From sequence record PP763257.1: a stretch of 64,000 nt of DNA, one strand, 5' to 3'. The position numbers were made by a program, and so were the translations under genes. Below, in pieces: positions 56,610 to 64,000 of this stretch; position 1 is the first letter of the stretch, and the number at the start of each line of letters is the position of its first letter. Source of the stretch: Acinetobacter phage Ab5. The notes beneath the pieces were generated by a model. It was given only the letters and a program-made list of their open reading frames with translations. It had not been told where the DNA came from and did no database searches.

Positions 56610-56861
56610 TTAACCAAAAATCCATTGAGAACCATCTTCTTGTAAAAGCTCTAGGTTATACTCAGGAACATTTAACTCTCTCGTAGAGAAATACATCTCA
56701 ATTTCAGAGTTTAACTTCAAGTTTGAGTTAGTTTTTAAATCATACTTCTCAATTAAGTTTGCTAAAACAACAAAGAAAAACTCGTGATTAATGTCTTCAC
56801 AGTAAAATCCTTTATCTTCATTCCAACTAATAATTAAATCTTTCATTTCACATCTCCTCAA
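56610..56861 (-). CDS. hypothetical protein
   Basis: Overlap-coupled. Confidence 0.4.
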   Translation of the reverse strand: MRRCEMKDLIISWNEDKGFYCEDINHEFFFVVLANLIEKYDLKTNSNLKLNSEIEMYFSTRELNVPEYNLELLQEDGSQWIFG

Positions 56862-57097
56862 ATATAATTAACAACATTAATAATCAAATTAACACCACAA
56901 TGATGTTCATCATAAACATCATCAACTGATTTATACTCACATAACTCTTGATACTCAGTATCAGATAATGAATAATTCTCACGACAATAATCTAGTAAAT
57001 CACCTAAACTTTCTGAGATTCCAATGTTATCATGTTTACGATTAAAAGTGTGATAACAAGGGTCGTATTGTTCACGTTCTTCAATTAGAATATACAT
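56858..57097 (-). CDS. hypothetical protein
   Basis: Minus-strand ORF. Confidence 0.4.
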   Translation of the reverse strand: MYILIEEREQYDPCYHTFNRKHDNIGISESLGDLLDYCRENYSLSDTEYQELCEYKSVDDVYDEHHCGVNLIINVVNYI

Positions 57098-57108
57098 CTC
57101 AAATTTCC

Positions 57109-57690
57109 TTAATATTCCTTAATAATCTTTTCAATCTTTCGTTGTAAATTTCTAACTTTCTTGTCCACTTCTGTAAAATTATTATCATAAATATCATAAC
57201 TATTTTCATAGAAACTGCTATCTACAACACCACCAGAAGCACTCGACCATTTAGATTTTAAATTACACCAAATACTAAAATCCTGATCTGTTTGTAGAGC
57301 ATATCTAACTTTACTGATTAAAGCTTTACGTGTCGATAACTTGTAATTAACTTCACCAACTTTAATCTGGTATTCTAAGTGTGACTTACTAAAACAATTG
57401 TAGGGTTTACGAACTTGGTTCTTGTAATATTTAAACCTCTCTTTCTTGCTCTCAGGAGTATCAATATTAGAAGGAAACTTATATAAAGCCATGTGTTGGT
57501 AACTTCCAACAACTTCATCAATCCCATCTAGCCAGTGTGGTTTTAACCAAACATAAAGACCTGTTTCTTTACCTTCAATAACTTTAACGAGAAAACGTTT
57601 ATCTCGATCATAAGCTAAAACAACACCAAGACAACCTTTAATGTTGTATTGATCATAATCATCATTGATTGTAACAATAACTTGATTCAT
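57109..57690 (-). CDS. hypothetical protein
   Basis: RBS AGGAGATTTAAAATG upstream. Confidence 0.45.
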   Translation of the reverse strand: MNQVIVTINDDYDQYNIKGCLGVVLAYDRDKRFLVKVIEGKETGLYVWLKPHWLDGIDEVVGSYQHMALYKFPSNIDTPESKKERFKYYKNQVRKPYNCFSKSHLEYQIKVGEVNYKLSTRKALISKVRYALQTDQDFSIWCNLKSKWSSASGGVVDSSFYENSYDIYDNNFTEVDKKVRNLQRKIEKIIKEY

Positions 57691-57712
57691 TTTAAATCTC
57701 CTAAAAAAGAAG

Positions 57713-57925
57713 TTAACTTAAATTTGAAGCAGAAATTAATTCTTGAACAAAATTATTAGCATCTTCTAGGTTTTCAAAAGATGCTAATGCTTGGAAGCTG
57801 CCTAGTGTGACATAACCACTATCACAGAAATGTGTAGGTTCTTCAACACCAACAACGTATTCAATTTTCTTCTTCAACCAAAGAAAACCAACTTTCTTAG
57901 TGACTATTTTAATCTTAAAATTCAT
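57713..57925 (-). CDS. hypothetical protein
   Basis: Minus-strand ORF. Confidence 0.4.
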   Translation of the reverse strand: MNFKIKIVTKKVGFLWLKKKIEYVVGVEEPTHFCDSGYVTLGSFQALASFENLEDANNFVQELISASNLS

Positions 57926-58018
57926 AATAGATTACCTTTAATACTGATGTGTTAATAATTGTTTACAAAGCAACTTTAACATACGTGGAGCAGCAATGCA
58001 AGTGTTATTTCCTCGTTA

Positions 58019-58765
58019 TTAACTCACATCATATAAGTCCTCAAGTAATAAATAACCTTGTTTACGTTTTCCATCAACTTCACTAACCACTTGTGTCTTT
58101 CTAACAACAAAATAATTTCTTATATCGTTACCTACAGCTTTTCTGTTTATATTGAGACTATCGTAAGTTTTTTGTAAAACACTTGTGATATGTGATGATG
58201 TATACTTTTTACCGGCACGTAAACAACCTAATTTACTTTTTATCTCTAAGTGGTGGTCTTGGAATTTCAAAGCTAAATTGTATGCGTTAAACAGCTTGGT
58301 TTTATTAAAACCAATAGATTTGATCTTATCAACACCTAATACATCAACAAGGAGTTTATGTTCTTCTGAGTAGTTAGATATGTTTTCCACAGTTATAGTA
58401 TCCCCTACTTCAATAGCTTTTATGTATTTTTTCAAAAGTTTACAAAAATCCACCTTGAACCCACATTTCAAATGTTCGAGTGTATTGACTTTGTTGAGTA
58501 GTCTGTTAAACGGTGGAGAAAGTCTAGTGATACATAACTCTTCGTACTTCAATGATTCTTCTTTCGAGCTGAAATATTCTACAATTTCAACCGTAATACA
58601 ACCATCCTCTCCATTCTGAAAGAAATAGCGATTTAAAGCTTTGTTAGAGCTAGTGCCATGTAGACAATGTTTATATCTTTCACCAGAACCTTGTCCAATG
58701 TAAAGAATTTCACCCTCTAACCCTCGTGCAAAGTAAACATAAAACTTTTTCAAACTTTTACTCAA
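58019..58765 (-). CDS. GIY-YIG homing endonuclease-like protein
   Basis: N-terminal FYVYFARGLEGEILYIGQGSGERYKHC matches the GIY…YIG pattern. Confidence 0.55.
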   Translation of the reverse strand: MSKSLKKFYVYFARGLEGEILYIGQGSGERYKHCLHGTSSNKALNRYFFQNGEDGCITVEIVEYFSSKEESLKYEELCITRLSPPFNRLLNKVNTLEHLKCGFKVDFCKLLKKYIKAIEVGDTITVENISNYSEEHKLLVDVLGVDKIKSIGFNKTKLFNAYNLALKFQDHHLEIKSKLGCLRAGKKYTSSHITSVLQKTYDSLNINRKAVGNDIRNYFVVRKTQVVSEVDGKRKQGYLLLEDLYDVS

Positions 58766-58789
58766 TTAATAATCTCCAATAATTTTACA

Positions 58790-60088
58790 TTAAATGTTTT
58801 CTTCTTGTAGCCAACCTAAGAACAAGTCCTTCATTCTTTTAGACAAGATAGCAAGATTGATCGGTTTTCCATCTCGTATTGCAGACCTCCAAATAAATTG
58901 AAGCATTTCAGATAAAGCAAACACATCAGCATTTATTGGATATCCATAGTCTTGTAAATAACTAGCAACACTTTGATTCGGATATCGGTCATAAGCATGA
59001 ATAACACAAGTTTTATGTCTATAAGCATTCGTTGCTCTTGTGTTTGATGCCAACCAACAAACATTCTCAGGACACTTTTGTATCTTTAACTCTGTATCTA
59101 CTAAACCGCTAGGTTTAATCTTAGCTGCTTTCGACTTAACATCCAGATTACTTCTATTCTTTGGGAATGTATAAAGCAAATCATAACTAGAAGCTCTCCA
59201 CGAACGAGCAATTGACAGAATGTACCCTTCAATATGTTTAATATCTTGTGTAGACATTTTTGAATATGCAGACACAGATAACTTTAAGTCTTTCTTCCAC
59301 TTTTGATTAGTTGGTGAATAAAGATTGATTAATTTAGCTATCTCTTTCTTGCTTGGTACAATTGGTGTAATCTCATCAAATGTTTTATACGGAATCCCCT
59401 TCAACTTTAGAAAACTACTAAGAATATTACCTTCAAACATGTATGTTAAGATAATAGCTCTCTTTGATGATGTAATCAATTTAACAGGAAGCTGTGTAAC
59501 AAACATATCATCTTTACGCTTACTAACGTACAACATCTTGTTTTGAACATGTCTTTTAAACTTACTATATTTATGTCTAAAGTCGTCAAATGCTTTATCT
59601 AAGTTACTATCAATATCCTTACCACACCACGTCAACATTCCGTCATTTTCTTGTACACTAATCACACCCAATTCAATTAATGATGTAACATCTGGTGCTG
59701 AGTATGCATGATAATCATCAATCATTGCAATCTCTTCATCTACAACTAACACATAATTGTGTTTCTCCATTTCACTAAAATGCTCATCTGTCATGTTTAG
59801 GTATAGATTATGTGTACATGTAATATTAGCACCAATTCTCAATAATTCTAACAGGTGACTACCTTTTGTGTCATGATGGTTATCCTCATCATCTCTCTTG
59901 GTTTCTGGAGCTACAAATCTAGTTAGTGGACAAGCTTGCTGAATACGACCACCATCTTTAACTTCTTCTAGGAGTGGTGATATATAAAAGAATTTATATA
60001 TGTGATTATTCTCTTCCATCCATTTACAAATCTTAGACGTCTTATGTGACCCCATCATAGCATCTACAATCTCTACAAAATTACTCAT
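58790..60088 (-). CDS. hypothetical protein with a degenerate P-loop and a Walker-B-like motif. It is the first gene of the leftward operon.
   Basis: Motif VDAMMGSHKTS near the N-terminus, hhhhDE motif NYVLVVDEE. 432 aa. The family could not be assigned. Confidence 0.5.
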   Translation of the reverse strand: MSNFVEIVDAMMGSHKTSKICKWMEENNHIYKFFYISPLLEEVKDGGRIQQACPLTRFVAPETKRDDEDNHHDTKGSHLLELLRIGANITCTHNLYLNMTDEHFSEMEKHNYVLVVDEEIAMIDDYHAYSAPDVTSLIELGVISVQENDGMLTWCGKDIDSNLDKAFDDFRHKYSKFKRHVQNKMLYVSKRKDDMFVTQLPVKLITSSKRAIILTYMFEGNILSSFLKLKGIPYKTFDEITPIVPSKKEIAKLINLYSPTNQKWKKDLKLSVSAYSKMSTQDIKHIEGYILSIARSWRASSYDLLYTFPKNRSNLDVKSKAAKIKPSGLVDTELKIQKCPENVCWLASNTRATNAYRHKTCVIHAYDRYPNQSVASYLQDYGYPINADVFALSEMLQFIWRSAIRDGKPINLAILSKRMKDLFLGWLQEENI

Positions 60089-60394
60089 CTATATTATTTA
60101 CCTCATATTATTAAAATGACAAACAATATAACACAATAGTATTTATAAAACAACCAATACAATATCAATTGATTAATAAATACACAATTTGTAACATTGG
60201 CGCAATATTCCTAAGGGGATAGGAGATTTCCAGTGTATTTTGTGGTCTTAGTTTTTGGGAAGGTTTACTATAAGGAAAAGGTGTGTAATCTATTGATTAA
60301 TAAGGAATAAAAAATGAGTTTGTAAGGTAATGCCTTACTGGGAATGTAAAACATACTAATTGTATACTTTATGTAACTTTAATATTAACACTAA

Positions 60395-60945
60395 TAAAGA
60401 CGTAGTATTGACCTAGTATATGAACGTAGTGATATGACACTTTAAATCAAACACTTATATAAGGATAGTGTTATCTTAATAGCTAATAGTGAACATGTGT
60501 ACACTTAAAAGATAATAGTAAGTTATCAGTAGTGTATTAATAATACCACCAGTAAGGTGTATCAGTAGTGTACATCAGTAGTGCTCTATTAGTGTATCTA
60601 TAAGGGATAACACTAGTGTTATAGTATTATTGAGAACAACTTTAGATTATCTTTAGTGTTGTTGTAGTGTTGGTAAAATACTATCGTAGTGTTAGTAGAA
60701 GATTACTGTAGTGTTATTGTAGTGTTAATCACCTTAGAAAAATAAATACAACTACTTTAGTGTAAAATAATTTAATAAAATTAAAATTAATTTAAATTAT
60801 TTTTAATTAGTTACAATTACATAAAAATAAACTTAATTATTGACACCTTATTATTGACTTTACCCTACTTTAGTGTATATTAGTGTTGGTATTAGTGTTA
60901 GTACTAGTTGTAACACTAGTGTTATTGTAGTGATAGGCATGATCT
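60395..60945. repeat. array of at least 22 TAGTGT(T/A) iterons, several phased at about 11 bp, including two identical 14-bp palindromes TAACACTAGTGTTA (60607-60620 and 60910-60923)
   Basis: Direct reading of the sequence. Examples are tttagtgttgttgtagtgttggt, cgtagtgttagtag and tgtagtgttattgtagtgttaatc. Confidence 0.8.
60760..60845. other. block of more than 90% A+T flanked by iteron clusters (candidate DNA unwinding element)
   Basis: aaaataatttaataaaattaaaattaatttaaattatttttaattagttacaattacataaaaataaac. Confidence 0.5.
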
Positions 60946-61196
60946 AAGAGCTACAATTAAGCACAAACTATGTTGTTCTTCTTTGTTATTTAGTGTATTG
61001 TGTTATAATGAACGAAGTGATATGATGTTTGGTGTTGATGTGTTGTTGTTTGCTCCTGATCAAAGATCAGCTTGATACGAGCATTAGATCATTCTTTGTT
61101 GTGTTGTAGGATATTCCTAATGTTGAAAACAAAATGCCGTTGCTTTTGACCCATAGGGGTATCCTTAGTTAAATTGTTGCTTTACTGGAGTATTAT

Positions 61197-61406
61197 ATGT
61201 TGTTATTTAAGTTATTTATTATAGGATCATTAGTTTGTGTATTCTTAACCTTTTTCTTTATGGTGATTGGTGTTTGTTATGATTTTAACCAACCTAAGTG
61301 GATTGAAAAGATTATAGATTATTTATCAATCTTTACATTATTTTTGTGTTTAGTGTGGTTGTTAATCATATTTGTTGGTTTAAGTATTTCAGTATTGACA
61401 GCTTAG
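61197..61406 (+). CDS. small hydrophobic two-TM protein
   Basis: 69 aa. It is the only ORF in the 1.85-kb control region. Confidence 0.35.
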   Translation: MLLFKLFIIGSLVCVFLTFFFMVIGVCYDFNQPKWIEKIIDYLSIFTLFLCLVWLLIIFVGLSISVLTA

Positions 61407-61855
61407 TAGACTATAATTATTAAAATCTCTAAGGCTTACTCTCGCGTGAGCCTGTGAGAGAAATTTTTGGGGAATTTTGCAAAAATAATTTAGAAATATA
61501 CACAATGAATTATTTTACCACTCTGAAATTAAAAATAATAATTTATCTTTTAGTATAATCACTTTACAAAAATAGTAATTATTTTCTGTTACATTCTTGA
61601 CTTCTTTTTCTTGTTGTGTTATTTACACGCGTTTTTCATTTATAAATAAAGAAAAGACCTGCACGGCGCTCTAATACGTCTTTAAGCGTGTGTTTTGATA
61701 TGTTTCACTACGTTCAACCGTATGTGTATGTTAGCTTTAGGGGTGTTTTGAGATAAGGATCATCTTTATTAGAATAAATATTGTAATGTTTTAATGATTA
61801 ACTCATTGTTTTATAAGAATTAGATAAAAAATATAAAAATAATTTAAAATAGTTG

Positions 61856-61884
61856 TTGACACATTAGAGAGAAATTGTTTTAAT
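61856..61884 (+). promoter_or_regulatory. rightward promoter
   Basis: TTGTTGACAC followed by a 17-nt spacer and an extended -10 TGtTTTAAT. Confidence 0.45.
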
Positions 61885-61950
61885 AGCTTCATACCGAACG
61901 AGATGTCGTTCAACCAAGCAATAACGCTTAAACATAGAAGGTAGAACATC

Positions 61951-62268
61951 ATGGAATACAAAATCTCTCAATCAGTTAAACAACATGTTAATGCTGCTAA
62001 ATTGATTCAAAAGGCTGCTAAATTAGGAATGAATTTAGATGGTTATGGTTTCTTAGATTATAACTCAACTTATGGTAACACATACTTGTGGTTAGAAGAC
62101 TATATGTTCACACTATATATTAGTGATTTTGATAACACAATTAAAGCATTATACACTTGTAGTTATGATGGTGAAGAGTGGGAGCGTAATGCTGGAACAT
62201 CATTAGATAAGCTTGAAGCTTGGGCATTACGTTGTTACAAGAAATCTGAAAAGAAAGAAGGTAAATAA
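61951..62268 (+). CDS. hypothetical protein
   Basis: RBS AAGGTAG upstream. First gene of the rightward array. Confidence 0.5.
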   Translation: MEYKISQSVKQHVNAAKLIQKAAKLGMNLDGYGFLDYNSTYGNTYLWLEDYMFTLYISDFDNTIKALYTCSYDGEEWERNAGTSLDKLEAWALRCYKKSEKKEGK

Positions 62269-62519
62269 TGAGTATTAAGTATACTGTGTGTAAAAACAAA
62301 ATGAATGATCATCAATATATTGTTTTTAAATACAAGGGTATTTATTACAAAGCGTTGCAGTTTAGCGATTTGGATTTGTGGTTGTGGGTGGATAAATCAG
62401 CTTTTTCTGGTGAATGTTATAACCTACAACTATTAAAAACCTTTAAAAATGATCAAGTGTGCACATTTGATGAAATATATAAAACTGTTTTAGAGTGGTT
62501 AACTAATGAAACAACGTAA
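62268..62519 (+). CDS. hypothetical protein
   Basis: ATGA coupling. Confidence 0.45.
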   Translation: MSIKYTVCKNKMNDHQYIVFKYKGIYYKALQFSDLDLWLWVDKSAFSGECYNLQLLKTFKNDQVCTFDEIYKTVLEWLTNETT

Positions 62520-62694
62520 ATATACATACCTTAGAGTATTACAACAAAATATCGGTTACGGGTTTGAGGATGTTGATTGTTTTGATCTTCATAACTCAAC
62601 TGTACAAGAACGTAAACAACGGTTGAAAGAGTATAGAGAGAATCAACCACAAGCCAATTATCGTTGGGTAGATAGACGGGAGTTAAACAAATGA
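62506..62694 (+). CDS. hypothetical protein
   Basis: Overlap coupling with the upstream ORF. Confidence 0.4.
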   Translation: MKQRKYTYLRVLQQNIGYGFEDVDCFDLHNSTVQERKQRLKEYRENQPQANYRWVDRRELNK

Positions 62695-63005
62695 ATATCA
62701 ATCAAAAGCAATTAGCAATCTCACAAGGTTATCAAGTATTGAGTTTTGATGAGATGAAAAAGAAACTTAATGAATTAGGTTATGATATTACTAAACAATA
62801 CGTAAAATCGTGGCGATGTGCTAATGTGTGGAATGGTTTAATGTATTATATAACTGGTTGTTTTTTCTTAGGTACAAGTATTTGTTTTGCTAATGTTGCA
62901 GGCAATGAAATTAGAAACTCAATCTCTAAAGAAAAGCAAGATGCCTTTAGAGAATTGAGAATTAATACGTATTTCACAATTGGTAACGATTTATATTGTA
63001 TTTAA
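62691..63005 (+). CDS. hypothetical protein (one TM helix)
   Basis: ATGA coupling. Confidence 0.45.
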   Translation: MNINQKQLAISQGYQVLSFDEMKKKLNELGYDITKQYVKSWRCANVWNGLMYYITGCFFLGTSICFANVAGNEIRNSISKEKQDAFRELRINTYFTIGNDLYCI

Positions 63006-63020
63006 GGAGCTTAAAAAAAA

Positions 63021-63233
63021 ATGACTATCCGTGTACATTGTTATGAAAATATACAGAATGACAGTAAGATGATGAAAATACACATTTACAAAAATGGCAA
63101 CTTTGTTTCATCATCAAATAAGATGCCTTATTGTGAACGTACAATTAAGTTATATGCTAGAGGGCATAAGGTTGTAGAGTTGATTAATGTTGCTAAGAGC
63201 AGAGATTTAAATGTTAAGGAAATTATGATATGA
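63021..63233 (+). CDS. hypothetical protein
   Basis: RBS AAGGAG upstream. Confidence 0.45.
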   Translation: MTIRVHCYENIQNDSKMMKIHIYKNGNFVSSSNKMPYCERTIKLYARGHKVVELINVAKSRDLNVKEIMI

Positions 63234-63535
63234 AGATAACAAAAGATCATGCTTTATTCTATGCAAGTAAGAAAAGTAAAGTCTTTTCTTGTGATGTATC
63301 AATTCATAGTTTGATTAATTCGCAAATAGAGTTATCTAAAAACTTTATTGATAAACATAATGACTTAACAATCATTAGATCATTATATCAACGTTGTATT
63401 CGTAATGATCTTAACTTATATGCAGAATTCAGAAGGTTACTTGAGTCGAGCACTACAATACGACCAAATAGGGCTAGAATGTGTAAAAACATTCTAAAGG
63501 GGTTAAGAAAGAATAAATATTTAAAAAGAATGTGA
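63230..63535 (+). CDS. basic hypothetical protein
   Basis: ATGA coupling. Confidence 0.45.
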   Translation: MKITKDHALFYASKKSKVFSCDVSIHSLINSQIELSKNFIDKHNDLTIIRSLYQRCIRNDLNLYAEFRRLLESSTTIRPNRARMCKNILKGLRKNKYLKRM

Positions 63536-63584
63536 GTGTAAAGCTTGCATTCTTTTTTGTTGTCTGTATAATGAAAAATATAAA

Positions 63585-63800
63585 ATGATAGATAGGAATA
63601 ATATCATGCATTTCCGTGAAGTTAACAACAAGCTTAAACAACTAAAGTCAGAAGTTATGTGGTGCAGTAAAGCTTTATCTTTCGCTAATGTGTCTAATGA
63701 AGTTTATCAAGCTAAAGTTCGAGCATTCTTTCAAGCTCAAAAAGAGTTAGAGCTATTTCGTAATACAACATTAAAGGAGCTATCATCATGTACAGTTTAG
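63585..63800 (+). CDS. hypothetical protein
   Basis: ORF with an AT-rich leader. Confidence 0.4.
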   Translation: MIDRNNIMHFREVNNKLKQLKSEVMWCSKALSFANVSNEVYQAKVRAFFQAQKELELFRNTTLKELSSCTV

Positions 63801-63960
63801 TTATTATGTTCTTTTTAAATAATGGTATGAAATATGACACTACAATCGTTAAGTCTAACATGTCTAAAAAATCTTGTTTGCTGCTATCATCACAGTTAAT
63901 GGAAAACTTACAAGGATCTAATTATGAGCTTAAATGTGTACCTACAAAGGATGAGTAATA
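63788..63960 (+). CDS. 57-aa hypothetical protein
   Basis: Overlap-coupled ATG. Below the track cutoff. Confidence 0.3.
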
Positions 63961-64000
63961 TGTTATATTCTTTAATTCTTGTTTTAACCTTATCTGGAAA

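Noticed and set aside
710-59546. Many ORFs antisense to or nested in larger genes. Examples: 710..1051−, 2138..2461−, 3253..3558−, 5013..5210−, 5285..5686−, 7639..7875−, 10569..10799+, 11204..11401−, 13244..13495−, 13734..14024−, 14811..15161−, 16140..16328−, 17564..17788−, 24186..24386+, 25573..25770−, 26418..26615−, 27913..28134−, 29163..29501−, 29261..29476−, 31471..31665+, 35623..35820−, 36954..37157−, 39021..39296−, 39709..39954−, 42132..42317−, 43480..43722−, 43764..43949−, 44071..44253−, 44710..44964−, 46220..46450−, 46948..47142−, 47109..47309+, 48099..48437+, 50090..50344−, 50121..50360+, 51648..51872+, 53732..53977−, 53738..53923+, 54104..54298+, 58185..58373+, 58380..58619+, 59325..59546+
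   Set aside because: They lie opposite to, or inside, long well-supported genes. They lack an RBS and have low-complexity or hydrophobic composition typical of AT-rich antisense frames. They break the strict unidirectional operon structure.
58790-60088. Terminase large subunit or ATP-dependent ligase for the 432-aa P-loop-like protein
   Set aside because: It lies in the early leftward operon, not with the structural genes. There are no nuclease-domain motifs. The KDGGR segment does not fit the ligase KxDGxR motif, and the Walker A motif is degenerate.
60395-60945. Whether the repeat-dense region is a CRISPR array
   Set aside because: The repeats are only 7-8 bp with variable spacing of 9-40 bp. 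There are no 25-40-bp repeat/spacer units and no cas genes. Iterons or operators explain it better.
1-64000. Lysogeny, retron or reverse-transcriptase functions, and integrative mobile elements
   Set aside because: No integrase, recombinase, CI-like repressor, reverse transcriptase or att-like flanking repeats were found. The replication and nucleotide-metabolism content points to a strictly lytic phage.

Overview
This 64-kb window reads as an AT-rich (about one-third GC) segment of a large virulent phage. No integrase or repressor is present.

The host is probably a low-GC Gram-positive bacterium. Promoters fit TTGACA-N17-TATAAT, genes carry strong AGGAGG-type ribosome binding sites, many genes use GTG or TTG starts, and the endolysin is a GH19-type enzyme.

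Layout along the window:
- 1–14.3 kb, + strand: late structural module. It holds a tail-tube C-terminal fragment, a tail-assembly chaperone pair arranged like G/GT, a 684-aa tape-measure protein, a PBSX-like baseplate set, two holins plus a GH19 endolysin sitting between fibre genes, a 757-aa tailspike with a pectate-lyase-like beta-helix, and a second fibre. Intrinsic terminators follow.
- 14.5–46.7 kb, + strand: replication and nucleotide-metabolism module. It has a winged-helix DNA-binding protein, a TOPRIM/DnaB-type primase-helicase, a family-A DNA polymerase, a gp2.5-like SSB, a 5'-3' flap exonuclease and a DEDDh 3'-5' exonuclease. It also has class I ribonucleotide reductase alpha and beta with glutaredoxin, thymidylate synthase with DHFR, tRNA-Arg(UCU), several homing endonucleases and about 50 small ORFs.
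- 46.7–60.1 kb, − strand: an early-type cluster of about 30 small genes, transcribed convergently with the replication module. It includes a PspA/IM30 homologue, two paralogous membrane proteins, HNH and GIY-YIG endonucleases, and a P-loop-like protein.
- 60.1–61.95 kb: a gene-poor divergent control region. It carries a dense array of TAGTGTT iterons with roughly 11-bp phasing, two identical 14-bp palindromes and an AT-rich unwinding block. This is a candidate origin or master regulatory locus.
- 61.95 kb onward, + strand: small genes resume.

The most unusual items are the iteron/origin region, a phage-borne PspA membrane module, terminator–promoter fusion hairpins with covarying stems, T7-style C-terminal …LPF tails on both helicase and SSB, and an expanded homing-endonuclease complement.
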